Source of the DNA: an uncultured Dehalococcoidia bacterium
GTDB taxonomy: Bacteria; Chloroflexota; Dehalococcoidia; Lucifugimonadales; CAZDRU01
Reading direction: 5' to 3'
Assembly (NCBI GenBank): GCA_964508175.1
Contig: CAZDRU010000043.1
Span: 1,843-65,842 of the forward strand
Length of the DNA: 64,000 nt
Positions 20,278 through 30,739 of the stretch are shown here, in pieces. Position numbers and translations under genes: made by a program. How positions within the stretch are numbered: position 1 is the first letter of the stretch; each line of letters opens with the position of its first letter. The notes beneath the pieces were generated by a model. That model did no database searches. It had not been told where the DNA came from and saw only the letters and a list, made by a program, of their open reading frames with translations.

Positions 20278-21060
20278 ATGGATGAAATTTTTACTAGAAA
20301 AAGTAGCAATATTACAACCATTGTATTGAATGCCCCAGAACGTAGAAACGCTTTAAATTATGAAATGTGGAAAGAATTTGCAGTTATTTTAGACAAAGTT
20401 AAAAGGGATAAAAGCACAAGAGTATTGATAATTCGAGGTTCTGGTGATTTAGCGTTTTCTTCTGGTGCGGATATTAATGAATTTGAAAAAATTAGAGCTA
20501 ATGCTATTCAAGCTAAGAAATATAATATTGTTGTAGAGAAAGCAATAACAGATCTCGAATGTTTTCCTATTCCTACAATATCTATGATAGATGGTGATTG
20601 TATAGGAGGAGGATGTGAATTGTCTTTGGCAACTGATATTAGAATTGCATCATATAAAAGTAGGTTTGGAATACCAGCTGCCAAGCTTGGCATAGCAATA
20701 GGCTATCAAGAACTTAAATTGCTTGTATCATTAGTAGGCATAGCTAATGCAAAACTTATACTTTTTTCAGGGAATCTTTTTTCTGCTGAAGAAGCATACC
20801 GTATGGGATTATTAACTTTACTTGTAGATTCCACTGAATTGGAACAATATACTTATCAATTAAGTGAATCTATTGCTAAATTAGCGCCATTATCACATCA
20901 GACCCACAAAGAACTGTTTCGTTTATTGTTTTCTAAGATTGAAGGTTCTGTATTGGCTAATAAAAAAGAATTTTTATTTTCAATTTTTGATAGTAAAGAT
21001 TATTTTCGTGGAATTGAAGCATTCAAAAAGAAAACAAAGCCTAATTTTATAGGAGATTAA
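20278..21060 (+). CDS. enoyl-CoA hydratase/isomerase (crotonase) family protein
   Basis: RRNAL, AFSSGADI, CIGGGCEL...DIRIA, FGIPAAKLG, KP.F.G. Confidence 0.9.
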   Translation: MDEIFTRKSSNITTIVLNAPERRNALNYEMWKEFAVILDKVKRDKSTRVLIIRGSGDLAFSSGADINEFEKIRANAIQAKKYNIVVEKAITDLECFPIPTISMIDGDCIGGGCELSLATDIRIASYKSRFGIPAAKLGIAIGYQELKLLVSLVGIANAKLILFSGNLFSAEEAYRMGLLTLLVDSTELEQYTYQLSESIAKLAPLSHQTHKELFRLLFSKIEGSVLANKKEFLFSIFDSKDYFRGIEAFKKKTKPNFIGD

Positions 21061-21068
21061 ATACTATC

Positions 21069-22286
21069 TTGAATTTTAAAAAGCAAAGAAAAAATAAAGG
21101 TCCTTTATCTGACATGAAAATTCTTGATTGTACTCAGGTTATGGCTGGTCCATTTTGTACTATGTTACTTGCTGACATGGGAGCTACAGTTGTTAAAATA
21201 GAAAATCCTGATGGAGGAGACCCCATGCGTACTCATGGCCCAGAATATTTTAAAAATGGCACAGCTGCATTTTTGGCATTGAATCGTAATAAGAATAGTT
21301 TAGCGATAGATTTAAAAACTATTCAAGGCAAGAGAATATTTAAAAAATTAGTGAAAGAATTTGATGTTATCGTAGAGAATTTTAAGCCAAGTACTATGGA
21401 TAACTTAGGTTTAGGATATGAAGTATTAAAAAAAATTAATAGAAGATTAATTTATTGTTCTATTTCTGGTTTTGGTTCTTCAGGTCCTTATAAAAATCGA
21501 CCAGGATTTGATTTAATAGCTCAGGGAATGAGTGGAGTAATGAGTTTTACTGGATTAGAAGATGGCACATTAGTTAAAGTAGGCGTTCCCTTAGGAGATT
21601 TGAATTCTGGTCTCTATGGTTCTTACGGTATTCTTTCTGCCTATATAAATTTATTAAGAACAGGAAAAGGTCAATTTGTTGATACTTCACTTTTGGATGC
21701 AAGTATAGCATCTACATTTTGGCAAGCAGCAGTATATTTTTCTACAAGTGAAATCCCAAGACCTTTAGGGACCAAACATCCACTTACTGCTCCTTATCAA
21801 GTTTTTAGAACAAAAGATGATTATATTGTTATTGGTGGCGCATCTCAACGAGCTTGGGAATCACTTTGTGTTGCTTTAGATTGTTTAAAATTAATTGATG
21901 ATAAAAGATTTAATACGAGTAAAAGAAGAAAAGATAATGAAAATGTATTGGCAAAAATATTACAAGATATTTTTACTAAAAAAACTACTAATGTTTGGTT
22001 AAAGATATTAGACAAAAATCATGTGCCTGTAGGTCCTATTTATAGTTTAGATCAAGTTTTTAATGATCCTCATGTTCAAGCACGAGAAATGGTAATAAAT
22101 TTAGAAGATTTAGAAGGTAATAAAATTAAGCATATTGGATTGCCTGTAAAACTTTCAGATACACCAGGAAATATATCTTATATAGCCCCAAAATTAGGTG
22201 AGCATTCTAAGGATATTTTGTTAGAATATGGATTCTCTGAATTGGATATTTCAAAATTTATTTCAAAAAATATAATTAAAGTATAG
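21069..22286 (+). CDS. class III CoA-transferase (CaiB/BaiF family)
   Basis: MAGPFC, LNRNKNS, VENFKP, SISGFG..GP, VPLGD, APKLGEH; TTG start 8 bp after the crotonase. Confidence 0.92.
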   Translation: MNFKKQRKNKGPLSDMKILDCTQVMAGPFCTMLLADMGATVVKIENPDGGDPMRTHGPEYFKNGTAAFLALNRNKNSLAIDLKTIQGKRIFKKLVKEFDVIVENFKPSTMDNLGLGYEVLKKINRRLIYCSISGFGSSGPYKNRPGFDLIAQGMSGVMSFTGLEDGTLVKVGVPLGDLNSGLYGSYGILSAYINLLRTGKGQFVDTSLLDASIASTFWQAAVYFSTSEIPRPLGTKHPLTAPYQVFRTKDDYIVIGGASQRAWESLCVALDCLKLIDDKRFNTSKRRKDNENVLAKILQDIFTKKTTNVWLKILDKNHVPVGPIYSLDQVFNDPHVQAREMVINLEDLEGNKIKHIGLPVKLSDTPGNISYIAPKLGEHSKDILLEYGFSELDISKFISKNIIKV

Positions 22287-22295
22287 ATAGTCTTT

Positions 22296-23378
22296 TTATT
22301 TTTTCCTAATCGTTGATAAACAGAATTTAGATGTGTTCATTAGTTCATCGATAATAACGTATTCTTTTTTCGTGTGCATATCATATGTTCCCATTCCTAC
22401 TACTACACTTTGAATACCGTTTTTATTGAATATATTAGCGTCTGTACATCCTCCGGAGTATTCATTTACAGGGGTTAATCCTATTGTTTTTATATGATTT
22501 TTTGCAAATTTAACTAGAGAATTTTCTTCGTTTAAGGAATATCCTTCTGATTCTACATGTATTTTGTCATCGATAGTAGCTTTGGGATTGTTCATTTTTA
22601 TTTTATTAATAGTATCTGTAACATGACGATGAGTAAGTTCTAATGTTTCGAGATTTCTACTTCTGAATTCACCGATAATTGTTGTTTTTTCAGGCACACC
22701 ATTTCGTATTAATCCTCCATTAATTTTCCCTATATTAATTGTAGTTTCGTGATCAATTCTTCCTTGTTTTAAATTGGTAATAATTTCAGCTGCAATACGA
22801 ATTGCTGAAATTCCTTTTTCAGGTTCACCTCCAGCATGAGCTGCTTTACCAGTTATTTCGATATCAATACTTACGTAAGTTGGGCTTGCCATATGAATTT
22901 TTTCTACGGAACCATTGCCATCAAAGATAATTGCTTGTTTTGCATTAATTAGAGAATAATCAAGATTCCTTGCTCCACGCAGTCCGACTTCTTCTTCTCT
23001 TGTTAATACAATTTGTAATGGAACAGTAGATATTTTTTCTTCTTTAGCGGTTGTTATTGCTTCAAGAATAGCTGACATTCCTGCTTTACAGTCTCCTCCT
23101 AATATTGTTGTTTCATCAGATATAATTCGTCCATTATCAATGCGAGGCTGAATACTTCTTCCTGGTTCAACGGTATCCATATGGGCCGATAGTAAGAATG
23201 GATTACTACTATCACTATTAGAAGCAATTACATTTTCATAGTTATCACGTTTGACTTTAAATCCTAATTGTTGGAGTTTTTTGATTAAATAATCACCTAT
23301 TTGTTTTTCTTCTCCTGAAGGACTGTCTATTTTAACTAAGTCGCAAAATGTTTCAATTAAACGGTTTTTATTTATCAT
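22296..23378 (-). CDS. M20B peptidase T-like metallopeptidase
   Basis: SAHMDTV, LGGDCKAG, EEVGL.GA, GKAAHAG..PEKG, GGCTDAN, H...E. Confidence 0.88.
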   Translation of the reverse strand: MINKNRLIETFCDLVKIDSPSGEEKQIGDYLIKKLQQLGFKVKRDNYENVIASNSDSSNPFLLSAHMDTVEPGRSIQPRIDNGRIISDETTILGGDCKAGMSAILEAITTAKEEKISTVPLQIVLTREEEVGLRGARNLDYSLINAKQAIIFDGNGSVEKIHMASPTYVSIDIEITGKAAHAGGEPEKGISAIRIAAEIITNLKQGRIDHETTINIGKINGGLIRNGVPEKTTIIGEFRSRNLETLELTHRHVTDTINKIKMNNPKATIDDKIHVESEGYSLNEENSLVKFAKNHIKTIGLTPVNEYSGGCTDANIFNKNGIQSVVVGMGTYDMHTKKEYVIIDELMNTSKFCLSTIRKK

Positions 23379-23508
23379 CTTTTTCCTCTAATTAATTATT
23401 TTTAATTAAATTCAATTTTCTAGATTTTCTTTTAACAAAATAATAACAAATAGTAGAAAAATTTTATTGATTTGATATAAAATAAATCAAATATTATAGG
23501 ATTTTATA

Positions 23509-25944
23509 ATGGCAAAAGAATTATGTCGAAATTGTAATCGTGAAATTGATTCAAGTCAAAGATTTTGTATTCATTGTGGAGAAAAAATAGTTTCTCAAAA
23601 TGATGAGGGAAATTTATCAAAAGAAACACGCAATGAAGAAAAAATAACTGAATTATCTAATAAAATTGTTCAATTATCTGAAAGACTTGATTTAATTTCC
23701 AACCAACTTTCTGAAATATCGTCCAAAGGTCTTAAGGAAGCTGAATCAGTTCCTAAGCCAACTATTGAATCACAGGAGTCAGAAGAAGATTATATTGTTT
23801 GTAAGAATTGTGGGCTTAAGTTTGGTGAAGCTAATTTATTTTGTGTTCATTGTGGAGTAAAAGTTAGTGATATAGAAGAATCGAAAGAGAATAAATCTCC
23901 AGAATTAATCAAACCCGTTTCTAATACTGAAAATACTCAAGTTGAAAGTAAAATTGGAATTAATTGGTTAACTATTGGTGGTGCAATACTTTTAGTACTT
24001 GCAGCTGTTATATTTCTTGTAGGACTTGGTGTTTCGGATAGCAAAATCCCTCAAATTATTTTTTCCTGTATTTTTGGTTCAATTCTCATGTTGATAGGAT
24101 ATTTCCCAGGGAAGCGGTATGGAATATGGGGAGATAGTTTAATTGGAGCTGGATTAGCTGCTTGGTATGTATCTATTTATGCCGGATCAGTGTGGTATGA
24201 CCTGCCATTTTTTAGTGTTTATAATACCTTGCCTATCTTGACAATTATTGCAGGTTTTAGTTGGTATCTTTCTATAAAACGTAATTCTATATGGATTGCT
24301 CTCTTAGGACTCGTAGGAGCGATTATAACTCCTACAATATTCTTTCAAGCTGTTGAGATAAGCTATGTATTTGTTTTGATCGCATACCTTGTTTTGCTTG
24401 ATTTAGCTGTGCTCGCAATTTCATTTAGTAAAAATTGGAAATGGTTTAATTACCTTAGTATATTAGGATCATACGCGTATCTTACAGCTCTGAATACTCA
24501 AATGCCGGGTTTTCAGAATGATGCTGTAGTTTTTACAATTTGTTATTCAATTGTATTTTTAGTTTTTGTTGGAGTAATTACAGTATTAAGCTTGAGACGC
24601 CATGACACTGATTCTTTTACAACTATTCCTTTATCAGTTATAAATGTTGTTTTATTTTATGTCCCTCTTTTGGTAGGTTTTTTGCAAGAAGGATATACGT
24701 TCTCCGCAGCTTTATTGACATTGGTTCTTTTTGGGCTCTATGCAAGTTTCTCTATATGGTTTCAAAGCTCTCGGTTTTTTAGAAGAGATTTAGCTGTTTT
24801 TTATTTAATGAAAGCATTTGGCTTTTTAACTATTTCAATTCCATTAATTATCCGACATTTTGGAATTGAATTTAGCGGTGAAAGTATGTTGACTATTTTA
24901 TGGAGTGTTCTCGCTTCTGTTGTTATTCTTTCTGGTGCTTTGATTAAAGATTGGAGATTTAGGGCATATGGTTTTGTTTTGTTATTGATCGCGATGATAT
25001 ATGAAACTTTTTCTGGAATTTTATTCCAAGATGGAACGAGACTATTTAGTTCATTATCATGGTTAATTTCTAGTTTAGTAATTGTATGTATTTATTTAGT
25101 TTTTAATTCAAATATAAATGTAGTTAAAGAAGAAAAAAACATAGAAATTAGATGGTTAAAGGAAATTATAGAATTTTGGAGATTGATCGAGAAATATATT
25201 CCTTCAATAAGTTTATCCTTATTCCATTTGGTTTTATTTTTAGGGACAACATCGGAACTCGCATATCGTTTGTCTGATGCCTTAGTTCCAATTACATTGG
25301 CTTGGATTTCACAAGGATTTATTTTAGGTATTTATCCTGGGATTTTATTATTAAAAAACAAGATATTTTTGACCCATTATATTCCTCAAATACTAAGATA
25401 TGCAGGGTTTATTTTACTTTGTGTAGGGGTAATTAAATTTATGTTTGTCGATATTAGTGTTAGTGATAATAGTTTTTTGATTATTACTGCATTAATAATT
25501 GGTGGATTGATTGTTACATATTCTTTATCTTTATTAACCGGATGGAAAATGTTTGTTTTAAAAAGCAATGATGAATTTCTGAAAGAAGAATTCAAATATA
25601 CGTCAGTTGCTATTGTTATAATACTTGCACTAGTAATTTTGTGGAGTGGCAGTAGATATTTGTGGGGCGACGCAACATGGCAACAACTTAGTTTAACCTT
25701 GTATTGGGCTATCTATGCCTTAGTTGGTGTTGGGTTAGGAGTTTGGAAACAAAACCGATATTTGCGTTTGAGTGGATTAGGTTTTTTTCTTGTGCCAATT
25801 GGAAAGTTATTTCTTTATGATATTTGGCAACTTGGACCAGCAGTCGTTTGGATTGCTTTTCTAGGATTAGGTATAGTATTACTAATTACTGGCTTGACTT
25901 ATCAGCGTTTTCAAGATCGTATACAGAAATTTATTCGAGAATAA
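23509..25944 (+). CDS. DUF2339-like multi-pass membrane protein with two N-terminal zinc ribbons
   Basis: CRNC..FCIHCG and CKNC..FCVHCG; E.KIG.NWL..GG start and K.FLYD C-terminal motif typical of DUF2339; many TM segments. Confidence 0.75.
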   Translation: MAKELCRNCNREIDSSQRFCIHCGEKIVSQNDEGNLSKETRNEEKITELSNKIVQLSERLDLISNQLSEISSKGLKEAESVPKPTIESQESEEDYIVCKNCGLKFGEANLFCVHCGVKVSDIEESKENKSPELIKPVSNTENTQVESKIGINWLTIGGAILLVLAAVIFLVGLGVSDSKIPQIIFSCIFGSILMLIGYFPGKRYGIWGDSLIGAGLAAWYVSIYAGSVWYDLPFFSVYNTLPILTIIAGFSWYLSIKRNSIWIALLGLVGAIITPTIFFQAVEISYVFVLIAYLVLLDLAVLAISFSKNWKWFNYLSILGSYAYLTALNTQMPGFQNDAVVFTICYSIVFLVFVGVITVLSLRRHDTDSFTTIPLSVINVVLFYVPLLVGFLQEGYTFSAALLTLVLFGLYASFSIWFQSSRFFRRDLAVFYLMKAFGFLTISIPLIIRHFGIEFSGESMLTILWSVLASVVILSGALIKDWRFRAYGFVLLLIAMIYETFSGILFQDGTRLFSSLSWLISSLVIVCIYLVFNSNINVVKEEKNIEIRWLKEIIEFWRLIEKYIPSISLSLFHLVLFLGTTSELAYRLSDALVPITLAWISQGFILGIYPGILLLKNKIFLTHYIPQILRYAGFILLCVGVIKFMFVDISVSDNSFLIITALIIGGLIVTYSLSLLTGWKMFVLKSNDEFLKEEFKYTSVAIVIILALVILWSGSRYLWGDATWQQLSLTLYWAIYALVGVGLGVWKQNRYLRLSGLGFFLVPIGKLFLYDIWQLGPAVVWIAFLGLGIVLLITGLTYQRFQDRIQKFIRE

Positions 25945-26432
25945 TGATTTCTCCAATTCGACATTTTACAGCTACTACATTTATTGTTTTTCAAGAAGCT
26001 ATTTTTTTACATTGGCATAAAAAAATAGAAAAATGGTTGCCCCCTGGTGGACATATTGATAAAAATGAAGATCCTGTTACTGCTGCATTAAGAGAAGTTA
26101 AAGAAGAAACTGGTTTAACTTGTCAGATAATTTCGAAATTTAAACCATTTTCTTTTTCTTCCCCTAAACAAATAATCCCGCCTCTAGTTATTAATATAGA
26201 GGATATCAATGATCCAAAGGAAGGATATCATCAGCATATTGATATGATTTATGTAGGATGTCCTGTTGATTCATTAAATGAATTGAAAAATGGCTGGATT
26301 TTAGTAGGCAGAAAAAAGCTGAATGATGGAGTTAAATTATCGGTAAGTGATAATTTTTCGATTGCTCCTGAAGAAGATGTTATTTCTTTGGGTTTATATG
26401 CCATTGATTTAGTTGCCAATGTTGCAAATTGA
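25944..26432 (+). CDS. NUDIX hydrolase
   Basis: Nudix box GGHIDKNEDPVTAALREVKEETGL; true start is likely ATG 25944 (TAATG overlap), not 25824. Confidence 0.88.
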   Translation: MISPIRHFTATTFIVFQEAIFLHWHKKIEKWLPPGGHIDKNEDPVTAALREVKEETGLTCQIISKFKPFSFSSPKQIIPPLVINIEDINDPKEGYHQHIDMIYVGCPVDSLNELKNGWILVGRKKLNDGVKLSVSDNFSIAPEEDVISLGLYAIDLVANVAN

Positions 26433-26518
26433 ACTGAAATTTTTTTTATTTATATTCATAATTTTCTTGTGACTTTACTCTTTGGTTTGGTATTCTATTA
26501 GGCAGAGGTTTGAATCAA

Positions 26519-26610
26519 GGAGGGATCGCATAGTGGTCTAGTGCGGGCGCCTGCTAAGCGCTTAGTCCGAGAAATTGGACTCGTGGGTTCGAATCCCACT
26601 CCCTCCGCCA
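26519..26610 (+). tRNA. tRNA-Ser(GCT)
   Basis: Acceptor GGAGGGA/TCCCTCC-G-CCA, anticodon arm GGCGC-CTGCTAA-GCGCT, long variable arm, GTTCGAATC T-loop. Confidence 0.95.
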
Positions 26611-26619
26611 GAACAAGAT

Positions 26620-27921
26620 ATGATTAACGTAGAATTAAATAGCAATATGAAAACATTTTATATCTGGACTATCGGATGCCAAATGAATAAAGCAGATTCA
26701 GATAATTTAGGTTCAGCTTTGGAACAAATGGGCCTTGTTCAAGTTTCTGAAAAAGCGTTAGCTGATGTAGTTGTATTAAATTCTTGTGTAGTTAGACAAA
26801 GTGCAGAAGATAAAGTTACAGGGACGTTGAGAGCAATGAAGCTTGTTAAACAAAATAAACCTGAGAGTGTGTTAGCTTTGATGGGTTGTATGGTTGGTCC
26901 GAAATCTGATCAATTACAAGAACAATTTCCATATGTTGATTTTTTTATGAGGCCTCAACGATTCGAGCCATTACTTGCAGAAATTGGAGATAGAATTGGA
27001 GTTGATTGGCAAGGTTGTGTTAGGAATTTAGTTGTTTCTAAACCAAGCGTTTCTGCTTATGTTCCAATTATTCATGGCTGTGATCTTATGTGTACATTTT
27101 GTATTATTCCTTATCGACGAGGAAGACAAGTAAGTCGAACTGTTCAAGATATTCTTTCCGAAGTGAAACTTTTGGTAGAAAGAGGAATTAAAGAAGTTAC
27201 GGTGTTAGGTCAAACAGTAGATGCTTATGGATATGATTTGCCAGATAAACCTAATTTAGCTGTATTACTTGAAGAACTTAATTTTGTTGATGGGTTAGAG
27301 AGAATTCGATTTTTAACTTCTCATCCAAATTTTATGACTGATGACATAATTGATGTTGTGAAGAATGCAGAGAAAGTGTGTGAACATATTAATTTGCCTA
27401 TTCAGTCTGGCGATGATGATATGTTAAAGGTAATGCGTAGACGATATACTTTAAATGATTATATGGTTTTAATTGATAAAATAAGAGATAAAATTCCTGA
27501 TGTTGCAATTAGTACTGATATTATTGTTGGATTTTGTGATGAGAGTAAAAAACAGTTTGAAAATACAGTTGAATTGATTCAAAATATTAAGTTTGATAAA
27601 GTACATGTTTCTGCTTATTCAACGAGAGAAGGGACTATTGCTTCTCGAAAAATGATTGATAATATTTCTATTGATGAAAAAAAACTCAGAAAAAAGATTA
27701 TTGATGAAGTTCAACGTGATATACAATTAGATAAGAACCAAAAGTTTATAGGAGAATGTTTAGAAGTTTTGGTAGATGGGAGAGAACGTGGTAAATGGAA
27801 GGGTAGAACAAGAAGAGATAAATTAGTATTTTTTGAAGATTCACGAGATATGTTAGGAAACTTTGTTAAGATTCAGATAACTGAAGGCAGTCCTTGGTCT
27901 TTACAAGGAATTTTAGTTTAA
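26620..27921 (+). CDS. miaB: tRNA methylthiotransferase MiaB
   Basis: GCQMN..DS, NSC.VR..AE, CxxxCxxC (CDLMCTFC), HINLPIQSG, TDIIVGF, TRAM domain. Track start 26575 lies inside the tRNA; ATG 26620 or 26647 is more likely. Confidence 0.93.
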   Translation: MINVELNSNMKTFYIWTIGCQMNKADSDNLGSALEQMGLVQVSEKALADVVVLNSCVVRQSAEDKVTGTLRAMKLVKQNKPESVLALMGCMVGPKSDQLQEQFPYVDFFMRPQRFEPLLAEIGDRIGVDWQGCVRNLVVSKPSVSAYVPIIHGCDLMCTFCIIPYRRGRQVSRTVQDILSEVKLLVERGIKEVTVLGQTVDAYGYDLPDKPNLAVLLEELNFVDGLERIRFLTSHPNFMTDDIIDVVKNAEKVCEHINLPIQSGDDDMLKVMRRRYTLNDYMVLIDKIRDKIPDVAISTDIIVGFCDESKKQFENTVELIQNIKFDKVHVSAYSTREGTIASRKMIDNISIDEKKLRKKIIDEVQRDIQLDKNQKFIGECLEVLVDGRERGKWKGRTRRDKLVFFEDSRDMLGNFVKIQITEGSPWSLQGILV

Positions 27922-27950
27922 TACTTAAATTGGTGCCTGGAGGATCATAA

Positions 27951-29153
27951 ATGGTAGTGAAAAAAAACACAGCAATGCCCATTACTGAGATAGAACATTC
28001 TGCGTTTTGTTCTACTAGTGATCAATTAAAAGTTAAAACTCTTAGTGAAGAATTTGGGGTTAATGTTAGATGGCAAAAAATTCCTGAAAAATATCTTACT
28101 ATGCAACCAGATGAACTAGATGTGCGTATTAGTAAATGTAAAGAAATTTTACAGGGAAAAGTTAAAATATTAGGACATCATTATCAACGTGATGAAGTTA
28201 TTAAACATGCAGATTTTGAAGGAGATTCTTTTAAATTATCCAAAGAAGCATCCGAATCGCCTGATGCAGAATATATAGTCTTTTGTGGTGTGCATTTTAT
28301 GGCAGAGACAGCTTGCATTGTTTGTTCAGATGACCAAAAAGTATTTTTACCTAATATTAACGCTGGTTGTTCTATGGCTGACATGGCTCCTACAGATGAT
28401 GTTTTAGATGCTTGGGATGATATTGTTAGTTTGGTTCCAGCATCTTCAGTGGTCCCTATTACTTATATGAATTCAACTGCTTCTATTAAAGCGTTATGTG
28501 GGGAACATGGAGGGATTGTTTGTACTTCTTCTAATGCAAAAAAGATTTTCGAATGGGCGTTTTCTAAAGGAGATAAAGTATTTTTTATACCAGATCAACA
28601 TCTTGGAAGAAATACAGCAGTTGATTTTGGGATTTCTCTTGAGGACATTGTTGTTTGGAATCCATTCAAACCATTTGGAGGCCTTTCGTCAGAACAAATT
28701 AAGAAGTCAAAAGTCATTGTTTGGCAAGGACATTGTTCTGTTCATACTAGATTTTCTGCTCAGCAAATTATTCAAGCACGATCTCGTTATAAAGATATAA
28801 ATATTTTGGCACATCCTGAATGTCCTCTTGAAGTTGTAGAAGCAGCAGATTATGTTGGGTCAACCGAATATATTATTAACACAGTTAATAAAGCTGCTAA
28901 AGGTACTATTTGGGGAATTGGGACCGAAATTAGTTTGGTGAATAGACTTGCTAGGATTAATCCTGATAAAACTATATTTTGTTTAGACCCTATAGTATGT
29001 CCATGTTCAACAATGTATAGAATTCATCCCGCATATTTACTTTGGGTTCTTGAAGGTTTGTGTAATGGGATTGAGATTAATCGAATTACTGTTGATGATA
29101 ATATTAAACGAAATGCTTTTGTAGCGCTTGAAAGGATGCTGCAAATAAATTAA
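27951..29153 (+). CDS. nadA: quinolinate synthase NadA
   Basis: LGHHYQ, FCGVHFMAET, GCSMA, CTSSNA, PDQHLG, C.VH, HPEC, C..M. Confidence 0.95.
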   Translation: MVVKKNTAMPITEIEHSAFCSTSDQLKVKTLSEEFGVNVRWQKIPEKYLTMQPDELDVRISKCKEILQGKVKILGHHYQRDEVIKHADFEGDSFKLSKEASESPDAEYIVFCGVHFMAETACIVCSDDQKVFLPNINAGCSMADMAPTDDVLDAWDDIVSLVPASSVVPITYMNSTASIKALCGEHGGIVCTSSNAKKIFEWAFSKGDKVFFIPDQHLGRNTAVDFGISLEDIVVWNPFKPFGGLSSEQIKKSKVIVWQGHCSVHTRFSAQQIIQARSRYKDINILAHPECPLEVVEAADYVGSTEYIINTVNKAAKGTIWGIGTEISLVNRLARINPDKTIFCLDPIVCPCSTMYRIHPAYLLWVLEGLCNGIEINRITVDDNIKRNAFVALERMLQIN

Positions 29154-29189
29154 TTTCAGATTGTTCTATTTGTTGTTTTAGGTTCTATT

Positions 29190-30734
29190 GTGGATACATA
29201 TGATTATATTGTAATTGGTAGTGGTATAGCTGGTTTATACACCTCATTGTTTGCTCGTGAATATGGGAGTGTTTTACTTCTTACTAAAGGACAAATAGAT
29301 GATTGTAATACCAAGTATGCACAAGGAGGAATAGCTGCTGCTATTGGGGATGATGATTCAACTTCTTTACATATAAAAGATACTTTGAAGGCGGGAGCTG
29401 GTCTTTGTGATAGAGAAGCAGTTGAAATTCTTGCTCAAAATGGTCCAGAAGAAATTGCTAAACTTGTTAGTTTTGGAGTTAATTTTGATACGGTTCATGG
29501 GAAAATATCGTTAGGACTTGAAGGAGCTCATAGTAAAAATAGAATTTTACATTCTGGTGGAGATTCTACGGGTGAACATTTAGAAACAGTTTTATCAAAT
29601 TCCGTTTATCAAACAAAAGTTTTAGTTAAGGAACATACATTAGTTAAAGAATTAATAGTCAATAATAATAAAATAGAAGGTGTTTCTATTTATGATAGGA
29701 ACACAGCTGAAACGAAACAAATACGAACAAAAAATGTTGTATTAGCGACTGGTGGGGGTGGACAGGTTTATCGTCATACAACTAATTCTTCAGTTGCAAC
29801 TGGTGACGGGGTTTCTCTTGCTTTTCTTGCTGGAGCTGAAGTTATGGATATGGAATTTTATCAATTTCATCCGACTGCTTTTAGTATGCCAAATAAACCG
29901 CGTTTTTTAATTTCTGAAGCTGTTCGTGGAGCCGGTGCTAAATTAGTTAATTCTAAAGGACAGTTTTTTATGGGCGAATATCATCAAAGTGCTGATTTAG
30001 CTCCACGTGATATTGTTGCACGTGCGATTGCAGATCAAATGGTGAAAAATGATAGTGATTGTGTTTATTTAGATATTCGTATGTTAAAACCAGAAATTAG
30101 TAAAAATCGATTTCCTTCTATATATGCTTTTTGTAATAAACAAGGAATTGATTTTACGAAAGACTTGATACCAGTAGCTCCTGCAGCTCATTATATGATT
30201 GGAGGAGTTAGAACAGATTTAAATGGTCGAACAACTGTTAAAAATTTATATGCTTGTGGAGAAATAGCATGTTCAGGTTTACATGGAGCTAATCGTTTAG
30301 CTAGTAATTCGTTATTAGAAACAATTGTTTATGCTCGCAGAGTAGTTGAAAGTTCTTTGGTTAATTTTCAATTTTCTGGGAAACAAGAAATTTGTAAAGA
30401 AACACTCAATATGAATTCTAAAGAAGTATTAAAAAAAGGTGTTTTAGAACCAAACTTGTTGGATATTCAACAATTAATGTGGGATAAGGTTGGCATAAAA
30501 CGAAATTCCATAGGTTTATCAACAGCTTTTAAAACATTGAAGACTTGGTATAGTAAAACAGTTGTTGAAGACAACGATTTTGATGTTCAAGAAAAAGCGA
30601 ATCTTTTATTACTTGCTAGTTTGATTGCTAAATCAGCGGAAATTAGGAAAGAAAGTCGAGGGGCACATTATAGAACTGATTTTTCAATAACTGATTCTAA
30701 GTGGGAAAAACATATTGTGTTATCTAAGGAGTAA
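29190..30734 (+). CDS. nadB: L-aspartate oxidase NadB
   Basis: GSGIAG, AQGGIAA, EGAHS..RI, QFHPT, LISEAVRG, PAAHY, GLHGANRLASNSLLE, ESRGAH. Confidence 0.95.
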   Translation: MDTYDYIVIGSGIAGLYTSLFAREYGSVLLLTKGQIDDCNTKYAQGGIAAAIGDDDSTSLHIKDTLKAGAGLCDREAVEILAQNGPEEIAKLVSFGVNFDTVHGKISLGLEGAHSKNRILHSGGDSTGEHLETVLSNSVYQTKVLVKEHTLVKELIVNNNKIEGVSIYDRNTAETKQIRTKNVVLATGGGGQVYRHTTNSSVATGDGVSLAFLAGAEVMDMEFYQFHPTAFSMPNKPRFLISEAVRGAGAKLVNSKGQFFMGEYHQSADLAPRDIVARAIADQMVKNDSDCVYLDIRMLKPEISKNRFPSIYAFCNKQGIDFTKDLIPVAPAAHYMIGGVRTDLNGRTTVKNLYACGEIACSGLHGANRLASNSLLETIVYARRVVESSLVNFQFSGKQEICKETLNMNSKEVLKKGVLEPNLLDIQQLMWDKVGIKRNSIGLSTAFKTLKTWYSKTVVEDNDFDVQEKANLLLLASLIAKSAEIRKESRGAHYRTDFSITDSKWEKHIVLSKE

Positions 30735-30739
30735 ATCAA

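Noticed and set aside
20278-21060. Crotonase as a second MenB
   Set aside because: Lacks the MenB-specific motifs (GGGHVLH, GSFD.G.G, AREIW).
25824-25943. N-terminal extension of the NUDIX ORF
   Set aside because: It overlaps the upstream gene by 120 bp; the TAATG coupling at 25942-25946 gives a better start.
26575-26619. N-terminal extension of MiaB (MDSWVRIPLPP)
   Set aside because: This is a translation of the tRNA-Ser 3' half, not protein.
27922-27950. NadR/NiaR/NrtR site or riboswitch before nadABC
   Set aside because: Only a 29-bp gap containing an SD; no palindrome and no room for a structured RNA.
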